Below are positions 46,953 through 59,957 of a DNA stretch of 64,000 nucleotides, piece by piece; the first letter of the stretch is position 1; each line of letters begins with the position of its first letter. The stretch spans positions 192,001 through 256,000 of the forward strand of contig CAVSHR010000006.1 of NCBI GenBank assembly GCA_963727625.1, written 5' to 3'. The position numbers were made by a program, and so were the translations under genes. The notes beneath the pieces are model-generated. The model saw nothing but the letters and a program-made list of their open reading frames with translations, was not told the origin of the DNA and searched no databases. The DNA is from an uncultured delta proteobacterium. GTDB lineage: Bacteria; Desulfobacterota; Binatia; UBA9968.

Positions 46953-48431
46953 ATGGAAGTACGATTTCGCGATACCAACGCCGAACGAATCAGAACCGAT
47001 CTTCTGGCGATCCCGGTCGGTGAAAAAAACTTGGACGCGCCCGTGATTCGGCAGTTGGATCGCCGGCTCAAGGGCGATTTGCGCCGGCGCATCGTAAAAA
47101 GTAAATTTACCGGCGCCGCGGGCAGCACTTTGCTCTATCCCACTATCGCCGGCTTGCCGGCGGTCCATGTGCTTTTGATCGGCCTGGGTGCTCTGAACGA
47201 GATCGGCAGCGACATTTGGCTGAGAACCGGCGCGCGTGTGTGTAAGGAAGCCGCGAGCTTGGGCGCAGCGGAGTGCGCTATTTATTTTACGCCCGATAAG
47301 GATGCGGAGATTGCCTCGGGGGCGTTAGTCGAGGGCGCCCTGCTTTCAGCCTACCAATTTAATAAATATCGCTCCAACGCCAAGCCGGCGAACGAAATCA
47401 AATTTCTCACTTTGTTCCGGCCGGGGCTTAAGCCATCGGTGGCTTTGCAAAAGTCCGTGCAGACGGCGCAAGCGATTATCCCGGGAGTTTTTCTCGCGCG
47501 CGATCTGGTCAATGAGCCGCCCTCGGTCGCAAACGCGCGCTTCTTGGGCAACCAGGCGATGCGCTTTTGCCGCGGTCGCGGTCTCACCGTTGAAGTTTGG
47601 GGCAAAAACAAAATCGAAGCAATGAAATTGGCCGGACTTTTGGCCGTCAACCGCGGCAGCCATGAAGAGCCGCGCTTCATCAAGATTCATTACAAACCGG
47701 CCGGTAAGGCTAGAACAAAAGTAACGTTGATCGGCAAGGGCATCACTTTCGATTCCGGCGGCCTATCGCTCAAGCCGTCGAAGTCCATGGAAACCATGAA
47801 GCTCGACATGGCTGGCGGCGCCGCCGTGATCGCCGCCATGAGTTGCCTGCCCAAGCTTGGGCTCGATGTCGACGTGACCGGCTACGTCCCGACGACGGAC
47901 AATCTGCCCGGGCACAACGCTCAGAAACCCGGCGATGTGATTCGTTATTTGAACGGCAAGACCATTGAGGTGCTCAATACCGACGCCGAGGGCCGGCTGA
48001 TTTTAGCCGACGCCCTCGCCCTCGCGGCACAGCAAAAGCCGGACTGCATGATTAACCTAGCGACACTCACCGGCGCCTGCATGGTCGCCCTCGGCAATCA
48101 AGTCGCGGGGCTGTTCAGCAACCATCAACCCCTGGCGGAAAGCCTGTTGCACTGCTCGCAGGAAGCCGGCGAAAAACTTTGGCAGCTGCCGCTGGTCAAA
48201 GAATACAAGGAAATGATCAAGAGCAGCGTCGCCGACATGAAAAACATCGGCGGCGCCCACGCCGGCGCGATTACCGCGGCGTTGATCTTGCAGGAGTTCG
48301 TAGGCGAAGTTTCGTGGGCCCATCTCGACATCGCCGGGCCGGCGTTTGCCGAAAGCGACACCCCGCTTTGCCCCAAAGGCGGGACTGGATTCGGCGTGCG
48401 CACTCTGCTTAAATTTCTTTCGACACTATAA
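46953..48431 (+). CDS. pepA: Leucyl aminopeptidase (M17)
   Basis: GKGITFDSGG, MKLDMAG, NTDAEGRL, HLDIAG. Confidence 0.95.
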   Translation: MEVRFRDTNAERIRTDLLAIPVGEKNLDAPVIRQLDRRLKGDLRRRIVKSKFTGAAGSTLLYPTIAGLPAVHVLLIGLGALNEIGSDIWLRTGARVCKEAASLGAAECAIYFTPDKDAEIASGALVEGALLSAYQFNKYRSNAKPANEIKFLTLFRPGLKPSVALQKSVQTAQAIIPGVFLARDLVNEPPSVANARFLGNQAMRFCRGRGLTVEVWGKNKIEAMKLAGLLAVNRGSHEEPRFIKIHYKPAGKARTKVTLIGKGITFDSGGLSLKPSKSMETMKLDMAGGAAVIAAMSCLPKLGLDVDVTGYVPTTDNLPGHNAQKPGDVIRYLNGKTIEVLNTDAEGRLILADALALAAQQKPDCMINLATLTGACMVALGNQVAGLFSNHQPLAESLLHCSQEAGEKLWQLPLVKEYKEMIKSSVADMKNIGGAHAGAITAALILQEFVGEVSWAHLDIAGPAFAESDTPLCPKGGTGFGVRTLLKFLSTL

Positions 48432-48444
48432 GGAGGAAGCTCTA

Positions 48445-48771
48445 ATGGGCAAGATTACCGAGGTTGGAGACAACAATTTCGATGCCGAAGTATTAAAGTC
48501 GTCGGTGCCGGTGCTGGTCGATTTCTGGGCGCCCTGGTGCGGCCCGTGCAAATCCATCGCGCCGATCGTCGAAGAGATCGCCGGCGAATACGAAGGCAAG
48601 CTCAAAGTGACGAAGCTGAACGTCGACGATCACCCGGCCACCGCGTCGCGCTACGGCATCCGTGGCATTCCCAATTTGATTATTCTCAAAGGCGGCGCGG
48701 TCAAAGAGCAGATCGTCGGCGCCGTGGCGAAGGCGAAACTCGTCAGCGCCATCGAAAAAGCTTTGCAGTAA
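48445..48771 (+). CDS. trxA: Thioredoxin
   Basis: WAPWCGPCK; RBS AAGGAGG. Confidence 0.95.
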   Translation: MGKITEVGDNNFDAEVLKSSVPVLVDFWAPWCGPCKSIAPIVEEIAGEYEGKLKVTKLNVDDHPATASRYGIRGIPNLIILKGGAVKEQIVGAVAKAKLVSAIEKALQ

Positions 48772-49277
48772 ACCGTTCTCATCACCCGTCAAATCAAATC
48801 GGTCGCACGTATCGGCTGCGCTGGAGCTGAATCCCCGGTACCCGAAGCGGTGGCCGTTGTTTTTCCGGGTTCTTTAAGAGAGGCCCGCACGTTTATACTG
48901 TTCGATATGGGCATCAACAATAAACTTGTGACTCAGGTCAGGCTCGGTTCTGGAGCTCAAGTAATTCTGGCCCTGCTCATTCCGTTTCCCGCTTCTCCCT
49001 TTACTCATCCGCAGCATTCTACTCCAACGAATTGAGACGCGAATTTCTAGTGGCCTTCTAACGTCACCGCCGTACGGTTATGGATACCTGAGCCGGTTAC
49101 TTTGTACCTGGCCACGGAGATTTCGTCGATTTCAAATGTCCAACCCTGCATTTCAGACAATTCGAGCATCTTGATCTTAACGAGACACGGCGGGACTTAG
49201 TTAGCCTTGATTAATCCACGTCGAATCGTTGATGATTCATCGCTTGGACCAATGGGTCGAAACTCGATCAATAAAGT

Positions 49278-50381
49278 TCAGAACACGTACCGCCGCATGC
49301 TGACGTTCATGATCACGCCGACGGCAAACATCATCGAGGCAAGCGCGGAGCCGCCGTAGCTGACCATCGGCAGCGGCACACCGACCACGGGCATCAGGCC
49401 GGCGACCATGGCGATATTGATAAACACATGCCAGAAGACGATCGCGACCATGCCGAAGACCAGCAGGGCGCCGAAGCGGTCCTTGGCGCGCTGGACCAGG
49501 CCCAGGCAGTAAACGATCATGATGAAGTAAAGTAGCAGCAAGATCGCGCAGCCGACAAAGCCCCATTCCTCGGAGAAAACTGCGAAGATAAAGTCGGTGT
49601 GCTGCGCCGGCAGGAAGTCGAGCCGGTTCTGGGTGCCGTGCAGAAAACCTTTGCCGAACAGCCGCCCGGAGCCGATGGCAATTTGCGACTGAATCACGTG
49701 ATAGCCGGCGCCGAGGGGATCGCGGTCGGGATCGAGGAAAGTCAAAATGCGATTGCGCTGGTAGGATTTTAGAAAATGCCAACCGATTGGCAGGAATGCC
49801 ATGCCGGCGCCGACCAGGCAAGCAAGGGAGCGAATCCTGAGCCCGCCCATCAAAATCATGCTGATGAAAACGATACCGAGAATGATCGCGGTGCCGAGAT
49901 CAGGCTGGATGAGCGTCAGAATCACCAGCGGCGCGACGATTAAGAACGGCACCCATAGATCGCGCAGATAGTAGCCGCGCGCCGGTTCGTCGCTCTGAAA
50001 ATATTTTGCCATCACCAGCACGACGGCGAGCTTGGCCGGCTCTGACGGCTGGAGGCGGAATAAACCGAGATTGATCCAGCGCTGTGAGCCGCCGCCTGAA
50101 TGACCGACGACTATAACCAAGACCAGCAGTAAGACCATTGCGCCGTAGAACGGATAAGCGAGCCGGTCAATATAATGGTAGTCGAAGCTCAAAGCGACGA
50201 ACATGGCGATCAAACCGAGTCCGAACCAGGTGACTTGGCGTATCGGCAAAACGCCGGCATGCCCGGTCACGAGATCGAAGTTGGCGCTGTAGATTGTCGC
50301 TACTCCGACCGCGACAAACGCCAAAACGAGCAGCAACAAGGTCCAGTCAAAGTGGGAAATCAGGCGCCGGTCAATTTGCAC
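49278..50381 (-). CDS. rodA: Rod shape-determining protein RodA
   Basis: QPSEPAK, QPDLGT, GYHVIQS, HTDFIF, SYGGS. Confidence 0.95.
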   Translation of the reverse strand: MQIDRRLISHFDWTLLLLVLAFVAVGVATIYSANFDLVTGHAGVLPIRQVTWFGLGLIAMFVALSFDYHYIDRLAYPFYGAMVLLLVLVIVVGHSGGGSQRWINLGLFRLQPSEPAKLAVVLVMAKYFQSDEPARGYYLRDLWVPFLIVAPLVILTLIQPDLGTAIILGIVFISMILMGGLRIRSLACLVGAGMAFLPIGWHFLKSYQRNRILTFLDPDRDPLGAGYHVIQSQIAIGSGRLFGKGFLHGTQNRLDFLPAQHTDFIFAVFSEEWGFVGCAILLLLYFIMIVYCLGLVQRAKDRFGALLVFGMVAIVFWHVFINIAMVAGLMPVVGVPLPMVSYGGSALASMMFAVGVIMNVSMRRYVF

Positions 50382-52251
50382 GGGCCTCTCCCTCCAAGCG
50401 TACTTGCTGACTGCCCGCCGGCTGGTTCTGCAACTCGATATATTTCTCGAACACCTTTTTTGCCATCGGCGCGGCGGCGTCGCCGCCATGGCCGCCATGC
50501 TCGACCAGCACGGCGATGGCGACTTGCGGATTGCCTGCCGGCGCGTAAGAAACGAACCAAGCATGGTCGCGATTGAAATAAGCGAGCTGTTCGGTTTTTA
50601 GGTAGGCGCCTTTCATTTCAACAACCTGCGCCGTACCGGTCTTGCCGGCGATGGCGACGATCGGCGATCTGGCGGCGCCGCCGGTGCCGTGGGCGGCGCT
50701 CACGACGTCAGCCAAGGCTTTGTGCATGCGCTCCAAAGTATCCGGCTTGAGTGCGATAGTGCGAATCAGTTCGGGGCCATATTCGCGCACGGTGGTTCCG
50801 TCCACCGACTCCACCTTGCTTACCAAGTAGGGACGATAAAGTTTACCGCCGTTGGCCACCGCGGCCATCATGTTGGCGACTTGCAACGGCGTCACGGTCA
50901 CGTAACCCTGGCCAATCGCCACCGAAACCGTCTCGCCGGGGAACCACGGTTGGTGGTATCTTTTTCTTTTCCACTCGGTGTCGGGAATAACGCCGCTTCT
51001 TTCATCGTCCAGGCCCACGCCGGTTTTCTCGCCCAAGCCGAAAGCCCGGGCCCACTTGGCGATGCGGTCCACGCCCAGCTTTGGCCCCAGTTGATAGAAG
51101 TAAGTATCGCACGACTCGACGATCGCCTTGTACAGGTTCACCGAACCATGACCGCCTCTTTTCCAGTCGCGAAAGTTGCGCTTGCCGAAAGGGAAAAAAC
51201 CCGGATCTTGAATGAAACTGTCGGGCTGAATGACCCCTTCCTCCAGCCCGGCGATCGCCATAATGATTTTGAACGTGGAGCCCGGCGGATATTGCCCTTG
51301 GGTAGCGCGATTATTGAGCGGTCGCAGCCGATCTTTGATCAAGCTGCTCCATTCGTCGGTCTTGATGCCGCGGGCAAAAACATTGGGGTCGAAAGCCGGC
51401 GTGCTGGCCATCGCCAGGATCGCGCCACTGTTGACGTCGAGCGCGACGATGGTGCCTTGTTTGCCCTTGAGCGCTTCGTAAGCGGTTTCCTGGAGCTGGC
51501 GATCCAAGGTGAGATACATCGTGTGACCGGGGACGTCGTTGACCTCGTGGAGCACGCGAACCCGCCGGCCCAGAGCATCGACTTCCACCTGTTGGCCACC
51601 GCTTTGGCCGCGCAGCAGCTCTTCCCAACGCCGCTCCAGGCCGTATTGGCCGAGCTCGTCGCCGATCACGTACCCTTGCGTTTTGAGCAAGTTCAGTTGC
51701 TTCTGGTTGATCTCGCCCAGGTAGCCCAAGACGTGCGCCGCCACTGGCCCGTCCGCGTAGCTGCGCCGTGGCCGCGCGCGCAAGCTGATGCCCGGCAAAT
51801 CGATCTGGTGCGTTTCCACCGCCACCACCGTCGGCCAATCGACGTCTCGGCCTAAAATCATCTCGTCGAAGGCGGTGCGGTTTTTACCCTCTTCAAAGAT
51901 CGTCAGGAATTCTTTTTCATCTTGCTTTAGATATCGCGCCAACTGACGCAGTGTTTGCTCGGGGGCTGCGGAGTCTTCCGGAACAAAAATAAGATCGAAG
52001 GAGGGCCGGCTGTCGACGAGCAACTGGCCCCGACGGTCGAAGATCATGCCGCGACTCCCCGCCACCCGTTTGATGCGGATGCGGTTGTTCTCGGACAAAT
52101 ACGTATATCGCTCGCCGGAGATAATTTGCAGAAAGACCAGCCGGCTGACTAGCCCCAGGAATGCGATGGCGAGAACGAGGTAGAGCAGCGACGCGCGCCG
52201 GCGCAGCTCCGGAGCCCCGTCTTGTTTATTGATCTCTCCGAGTGCGGCCAT
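50371..52251 (-). CDS. mrdA: Penicillin-binding protein 2
   Basis: PGSTFK, SCD, KTGTAQ; operon context. Confidence 0.95.
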   Translation of the reverse strand: MAALGEINKQDGAPELRRRASLLYLVLAIAFLGLVSRLVFLQIISGERYTYLSENNRIRIKRVAGSRGMIFDRRGQLLVDSRPSFDLIFVPEDSAAPEQTLRQLARYLKQDEKEFLTIFEEGKNRTAFDEMILGRDVDWPTVVAVETHQIDLPGISLRARPRRSYADGPVAAHVLGYLGEINQKQLNLLKTQGYVIGDELGQYGLERRWEELLRGQSGGQQVEVDALGRRVRVLHEVNDVPGHTMYLTLDRQLQETAYEALKGKQGTIVALDVNSGAILAMASTPAFDPNVFARGIKTDEWSSLIKDRLRPLNNRATQGQYPPGSTFKIIMAIAGLEEGVIQPDSFIQDPGFFPFGKRNFRDWKRGGHGSVNLYKAIVESCDTYFYQLGPKLGVDRIAKWARAFGLGEKTGVGLDDERSGVIPDTEWKRKRYHQPWFPGETVSVAIGQGYVTVTPLQVANMMAAVANGGKLYRPYLVSKVESVDGTTVREYGPELIRTIALKPDTLERMHKALADVVSAAHGTGGAARSPIVAIAGKTGTAQVVEMKGAYLKTEQLAYFNRDHAWFVSYAPAGNPQVAIAVLVEHGGHGGDAAAPMAKKVFEKYIELQNQPAGSQQVRLEGEARAN

Positions 52252-52256
52252 AACCT

Positions 52257-52760
52257 TTATACCGTAACACTCAATTTCTTTACGTAATTTTCGCCGCGCC
52301 GCAAAAGCGCGAATAGCAACGGTGCAAGCGCAGCCGCCAGGAGCGCTTCGCTTATTATATACCGAGCGGCACCCAACCAAAATCTATCCAGGCTGAGAAA
52401 CACTGCCCAAACCAAGACCAACGCCGCTCCTTTGACCAAGGCGGCGAGCAATACGATAAATGAGCTCACTAGCGGGTTTTGGAGCCATATGGCACGCGAA
52501 CTGAAATAAACCGCCAAAAATACCAGGGTCATGGCGAAAGCGTTGAGGCCCAGCAGCCGGCTCGACATCACGTCGACGGAATAACCCAGAAGAAACGAAC
52601 CGACCGCGGCGCCCACCGTGGGATGATGCAAGCCCAGGTAAACGCACAGCACCAGCACGAGATCCGGCACGACCGGACCGAGCGGGAGCAGGTGCAGCAA
52701 CGTGGATTGCAGCAAAAGGAAAAATATCCCGACAAGAAAATATAGCAAGAAAAGCCTCAT
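52257..52760 (-). CDS. mreD: Rod shape-determining protein MreD
   Basis: Hydrophobic, PDLVLV; between mreC and mrdA. Confidence 0.88.
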   Translation of the reverse strand: MRLFLLYFLVGIFFLLLQSTLLHLLPLGPVVPDLVLVLCVYLGLHHPTVGAAVGSFLLGYSVDVMSSRLLGLNAFAMTLVFLAVYFSSRAIWLQNPLVSSFIVLLAALVKGAALVLVWAVFLSLDRFWLGAARYIISEALLAAALAPLLFALLRRGENYVKKLSVTV

Positions 52761-52792
52761 GGAAAAATTGCCGGCGGTTGCGGCCTTCGGGA

Positions 52793-53626
52793 TCACCGTT
52801 TTTCTGCGTTGCCCTCGGCAGCGACGACCAAGACCTCCTCGACGCGCGAGGACTGGACCGCGGGAAGGACTTCGATGAATTGAAACAAACCGAGATGCTG
52901 CTTGTGCACCTTGATCACCGTGCCGACCATCAAGCCCTTGGGAAACACCCCGTCGATGCCGGAGGTGATCAGCCGGTCGCCCTCTTGAATATCCTCGCTG
53001 CGTTTGACGTACTTGAGCACCGTGCCGCTGTCCAGTGATCCGGAAACGATGCCGCGCGCGCGGGTGCGCTGTACAAAGACGTCGAGGCCGCTATTGGGAT
53101 CGGTCAGCAACAAGACTTTGGCCGTGCGCGGCGTCACCGCGACCACTTGGCCGACCACGCCCAAGGGAGTCACCACTGCCATTCCTTTGCGCACACCGTC
53201 GGCGCTGCCCTTGTCGAGCAGGCAGCTTTGAAACCAACTGCTGGCGCTATTGGCGATGATCGAAGCGGTCACCGCAGCGCCGGATAAATGACTGCGAAAA
53301 TCGAGCAATTGTTTGAGCTGGAGGTTGGTGGCTTGGGCTTCTAGAAGTTTTTGTCTCTCCACCTCGAGGTTTTGAATGCGCTTTCTCAATCGTTCATTCT
53401 CGCTGCGGAAACCTGCCAGGGTATCGTAGTTATCTTGCAGGCTCTTGATCCAATTGGCGGTTCCCTGCGAGGCGATTTGCAAGGGTCGCATGAGCCACAT
53501 CAACAAAGTGCCCAGCGGTTCGTTTTTCAGTTGGCCGCGGGCGGAGACAGTGAGGATGTAAACCGATAGTAAGAGACAAAAAAAACAGCTTAACGGAACC
53601 TGATTCTTACGCAGAAAAGCGAGCAT
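52793..53626 (-). CDS. mreC: Rod shape-determining protein MreC
   Basis: Coiled coil, DKGSADGV, TSGIDGVFPKG. Confidence 0.93.
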   Translation of the reverse strand: MLAFLRKNQVPLSCFFCLLLSVYILTVSARGQLKNEPLGTLLMWLMRPLQIASQGTANWIKSLQDNYDTLAGFRSENERLRKRIQNLEVERQKLLEAQATNLQLKQLLDFRSHLSGAAVTASIIANSASSWFQSCLLDKGSADGVRKGMAVVTPLGVVGQVVAVTPRTAKVLLLTDPNSGLDVFVQRTRARGIVSGSLDSGTVLKYVKRSEDIQEGDRLITSGIDGVFPKGLMVGTVIKVHKQHLGLFQFIEVLPAVQSSRVEEVLVVAAEGNAEKR

Positions 53627-53673
53627 GAAAGGCTCGATTGGCTCCAACCATCAGGATGGATGCGGACCTCGGC

Positions 53674-54852
<1,179 letters not shown>

Positions 54853-54904
54853 TTATCATGAGAGGGCGGTTTTCAGCGTTTCCTACCGAAAGGTTTCGTC
54901 GCCA

Positions 54905-56818
54905 ATGCTCGATTTTTTGCGAAAAAGGAAGAGAAATTGGAGTATCACTATCCTCCTCGGTATTATCATCCTGGTCTTTATCGCGTTTTACGGTGGCAGC
55001 AACATCACGAACACAAGTTCCACCAATGATGTGGTTGAAGTTAACGGAGAGCCGGTCACCCAGCGCGAATTCGCGTTACAGTACGAGCGCGAAGTGCAGC
55101 GTTACCGCGATATTTTGAAAGGCTCTTTCACTCAGGAGATGCTCAAAGGCCTCAACATCAAGGGCAACCTGGTCGAAGCGTTGATTCAGAAAAAACTGGT
55201 GGTCCAAGAAGCGCGCAGGCTCGGTCTTACCGCGAGCGATGACGATCTCGCCCGCCACCTTGCCACAGCGCCTGAATTTCAACTTGGCGGGCGATTCAGC
55301 AAGGACCACTATCTGCGAGTTCTCGAGGCCAACCGAATTGTGCCGGTGCAGTTCGAGGAAGAACAACGCGACCAGCTGACGGTACAGAGGCTTTACAGCC
55401 TGATTCTCGATGCCGTGCATGTGACCGACGCCGAGGTGCGTGAACGCTATCGCATCGATCAGGAAAAAATAGATCTCTATTTTATCAAGCTGCCGATCAA
55501 CGATTTTGTCCCAGAGGTCAAGCTCACCGAGGCCGAAATCAAGTCATACTATGCGCGCAACAAGGAATCCCTCAAAGAGCCTTTGAAAATTCAAGTCGAG
55601 TATCTGTCCTATCCATACGATCGGTTCACCGGTTCGGTCCAAGTGAGTGAAAAGGAAATTGAAGAGTACTATACGGTCAATCTCAACAGCCAGTTTCGCA
55701 AACCCAAAGAAGTCAAAATTCGCTATATTTCGATCGCTGTCCCGCCCGGCGCCGACGCCGCGCAGAAGAAAGCTGTTCAGGACCATGCTGAAGCGGTCGT
55801 CAGAGAAGCCCGCGCCGGCAAAGACTTCGCTCAGTTAGCCAAAAAGGAATCCGGCGACGCCACGGCCGCCAAAGGCGGTGAAATCGGCTGGATCGCCGCA
55901 GGACAGATGCCGCCGCCGGTGGAAAAGGTCCTTTTTAATCTGGCCAAGGGCGCGGTCAGCGACGCGATTGAAACACCGGCGGGATTTCAAATCTTCAAAG
56001 TCGAAGACATCAAGGAAGCAAAGACCCTGACGCTCAAAGAAGCCAGCGCGGAAATCGCCAAGAATTTAAAAACCGAAAAAGCCAAACGCGATGCCGCCAA
56101 GGTCGCCGACCGGGACCGCGAGAAAGCGCTCTCCGGCGCCGGCTTCAACAAGCTGGCCCAAGAGAGCGGCGTCACGCTCAAAACTACGGGCTGGATCACC
56201 AACGGCCAAGTGGTGCCGGAAATCGGCGAAAATCAGGAATTTTACAAAAATGCATTTTCTTTAAGCGCTAAAGATATCGGTCCCATCGTCGAGGGCAAAG
56301 GGGCATACTATCTGATGCGCCTCAAGCAGCGCCAAGAACCCACCGTGCCGCCGCTCGAGAGCGTAAGCGGTCAGATCGAGAGGAATCTCAAAGAATCCAA
56401 AGCTTACGAGCTGGCCTTGCAGCGCGGTCATAGCCTGCTCGAGCAACTCAAAAAAGATAAGGACATGGTGAAACTGGCGCAGGCAAATCATTTAAAGCTC
56501 GACGAGACCGGCTGGTTCCTGCGCAGCGCGCCGCAGCTGCCGAAAATCGGCGAGCTGGCGGAAATGAAGGCGGGATCGCTTGCTTTAACGGCGCAGAAGC
56601 CGATCCCGGACCGCCTCTATACTCAAAAAGATGCCCTCTACGTCATCGCATTTAAAGATAGCCAGGGCGCCGATATGGAGCGGTTCGAGAAAGAAAAAGA
56701 GATGATCAAGAAACAAGCGCTGGCGGAAAGCCGCCAGCGCGCGCTGATAAAATTTATGGAAGGTCTGAAAAGCAAAGCGAAGATCAAGGTCAACACCGCT
56801 TTCCTTGAAGAGAGTTAA
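54905..56818 (+). CDS. ppiD: Periplasmic chaperone / peptidyl-prolyl isomerase PpiD (SurA N-terminal domain)
   Basis: N-terminal TM, VNGEPVT, DFAQLAKKES..GGEIGW parvulin domain. Confidence 0.85.
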   Translation: MLDFLRKRKRNWSITILLGIIILVFIAFYGGSNITNTSSTNDVVEVNGEPVTQREFALQYEREVQRYRDILKGSFTQEMLKGLNIKGNLVEALIQKKLVVQEARRLGLTASDDDLARHLATAPEFQLGGRFSKDHYLRVLEANRIVPVQFEEEQRDQLTVQRLYSLILDAVHVTDAEVRERYRIDQEKIDLYFIKLPINDFVPEVKLTEAEIKSYYARNKESLKEPLKIQVEYLSYPYDRFTGSVQVSEKEIEEYYTVNLNSQFRKPKEVKIRYISIAVPPGADAAQKKAVQDHAEAVVREARAGKDFAQLAKKESGDATAAKGGEIGWIAAGQMPPPVEKVLFNLAKGAVSDAIETPAGFQIFKVEDIKEAKTLTLKEASAEIAKNLKTEKAKRDAAKVADRDREKALSGAGFNKLAQESGVTLKTTGWITNGQVVPEIGENQEFYKNAFSLSAKDIGPIVEGKGAYYLMRLKQRQEPTVPPLESVSGQIERNLKESKAYELALQRGHSLLEQLKKDKDMVKLAQANHLKLDETGWFLRSAPQLPKIGELAEMKAGSLALTAQKPIPDRLYTQKDALYVIAFKDSQGADMERFEKEKEMIKKQALAESRQRALIKFMEGLKSKAKIKVNTAFLEES

Positions 56819-56922
56819 ATTTAACCGCCGGTTAGTAAAAAATGCCGGGCGGGCTTCGGCCCGCCAGTGCGCCAAAACCTGCCCGATTTTTCAAATGACT
56901 GTTTGCTCGTGAGAACTCGCCA

Positions 56923-57555
56923 GTGCAGATCGTTTTAGTGCGCCACGGCGCCACCGATTGGAATTTGCAGGGCCGCTGCCAGGGATCGACGGATCGTGAT
57001 CTCAGCGAGGTTGGCCTGCATCAAGCCGCACAAACCGCGGCACTACTCCGCAGGGAACAAATCCAGGCAATCTATTCGAGCAATCTGCGGCGCGCGCGCC
57101 AAACCGCCGAGGTCATCAGCCAGCCGCACAACTTGTCGGTCATGATCGAAGACGGAGTTCGCGAACTGGATCACGGCGAGCTCGAAGGACTGACCTTTAA
57201 TGAAATCAAAGACAACTACGCGGATTTTCTAACCCGTTGGCGCAGCGAACCCGCCGATATCCGGGTTCCAGGCGGCGAACGGCTCGCCGATGTCGCCGAG
57301 CGCGCGTGGAACGGCTTGAACGAAATCGTCCGGCGCCACCGTGAAGCGCCGGGTATTTTGGTGGTAAGCCACAACTTTCCAATTCTCGGAATCGTTTGCC
57401 GGATCACCGGCACGCCGCTCAACAACTACCGCACTTTTCACCTCGATCCGTGCAGCGTGACGCGCTTGAGCCATGACGGCGGTTGCGGCTGGCAAGTCAC
57501 CCATGTCAACAACCGCGAGTATTCCACCGAGCAAGCGACAACAGCGCGGCCGTAA
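56923..57555 (+). CDS. Histidine phosphatase family protein
   Basis: LVRHG, SSNLRRA, PGGE, VVSH. Confidence 0.9.
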   Translation: MQIVLVRHGATDWNLQGRCQGSTDRDLSEVGLHQAAQTAALLRREQIQAIYSSNLRRARQTAEVISQPHNLSVMIEDGVRELDHGELEGLTFNEIKDNYADFLTRWRSEPADIRVPGGERLADVAERAWNGLNEIVRRHREAPGILVVSHNFPILGIVCRITGTPLNNYRTFHLDPCSVTRLSHDGGCGWQVTHVNNREYSTEQATTARP

Positions 57556-57574
57556 GCGGCCACAGCAACGCTCT

Positions 57575-59122
<1,548 letters not shown>

Positions 59123-59244
59123 GAACTGGAAATACTCCGGGGAATTTCCGCCGAATGTAGCTGCCGGGGCGCTTTGCTGTCAAACAGTCCGTCGGAGTCT
59201 TCCGACTTGAATCGCTTGGCAATGGGCGATAGAAAATAGCCGGC

Positions 59245-59943
59245 ATGTTGCGTTACCAAAATCTCGGCCGAATGGAATATCCCGCCGCATGCGCATTGCA
59301 GGAAAAGCTCGTCGCACTCAAGCAGGACGAAACCGCCGATGACTTCCTGCTCTTCGTCGAGCATCCCCATGTCTTCACGCTGGGGCGCGGCGGCAAGGAG
59401 ACAAACGTGCTCGCGGCGCAGAACGTTCCGGTCATTCGCACCGGCCGCGGCGGCGACGTGACCTATCATGGGCCGGGCCAGTTGGTGGTCTATCCGATCA
59501 TCGATCTAAGATCGAAGCTGCGCAAAGATGTGCATCGCTACGTGAGGAATCTCGAATTATCCGCTGTTCGCACCCTGAAAGACTTCGGCCTCAGCGGTAT
59601 CCGCCGTCCGCCGTTCACGGGAATCTGGATCGGCGACCGAAAAATCGCCGCCATCGGAGTCGCCGTGCGCCGATGCATTACCTTTCACGGCTTGGCGCTC
59701 AACGTGAACACAGAGCTGAGCTATTTCAAGCGCATCGTCCCCTGCGGCCTTGCATGGGCTGATGTCACCTCGATGGCCAACGAACTTGGCAAAGTGCAAA
59801 GCGCAGAGCGGGTTCGAGACCGCTTTCTTCATAATTTCGCCGAGACTTTCGATTATGATGACCTCAAAGAAGGTATCGAAGCGCACGATTGGCATGCCAG
59901 GTCGACAAACTCTCCGACGGTTGGAACGACTGGAACGTTTTGA
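59245..59943 (+). CDS. lipB: Octanoyltransferase LipB
   Basis: EHPHVFTLG, RGGDVTYHGPGQ, KIAAIG, HGLALN, IVPCG. Confidence 0.95.
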   Translation: MLRYQNLGRMEYPAACALQEKLVALKQDETADDFLLFVEHPHVFTLGRGGKETNVLAAQNVPVIRTGRGGDVTYHGPGQLVVYPIIDLRSKLRKDVHRYVRNLELSAVRTLKDFGLSGIRRPPFTGIWIGDRKIAAIGVAVRRCITFHGLALNVNTELSYFKRIVPCGLAWADVTSMANELGKVQSAERVRDRFLHNFAETFDYDDLKEGIEAHDWHARSTNSPTVGTTGTF

Positions 59944-59953
59944 ACGACTGGAA
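59918..59953. repeat. 9-nt tandem repeat x4 at the lipB-lipA junction
   Basis: CGGTTGGAA CGACTGGAA CGTTTTGAA CGACTGGAA. Confidence 0.7.
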
Positions 59954-59957
59954 CCCC

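Noticed and set aside
49047-49169. 40-aa minus-strand ORF MLELSEMQGWTFEIDEISVARYKVTG.. in the trxA-rodA gap
   Set aside because: Protein-like but short with no clear RBS; possibly a remnant, and not supportable without a search.
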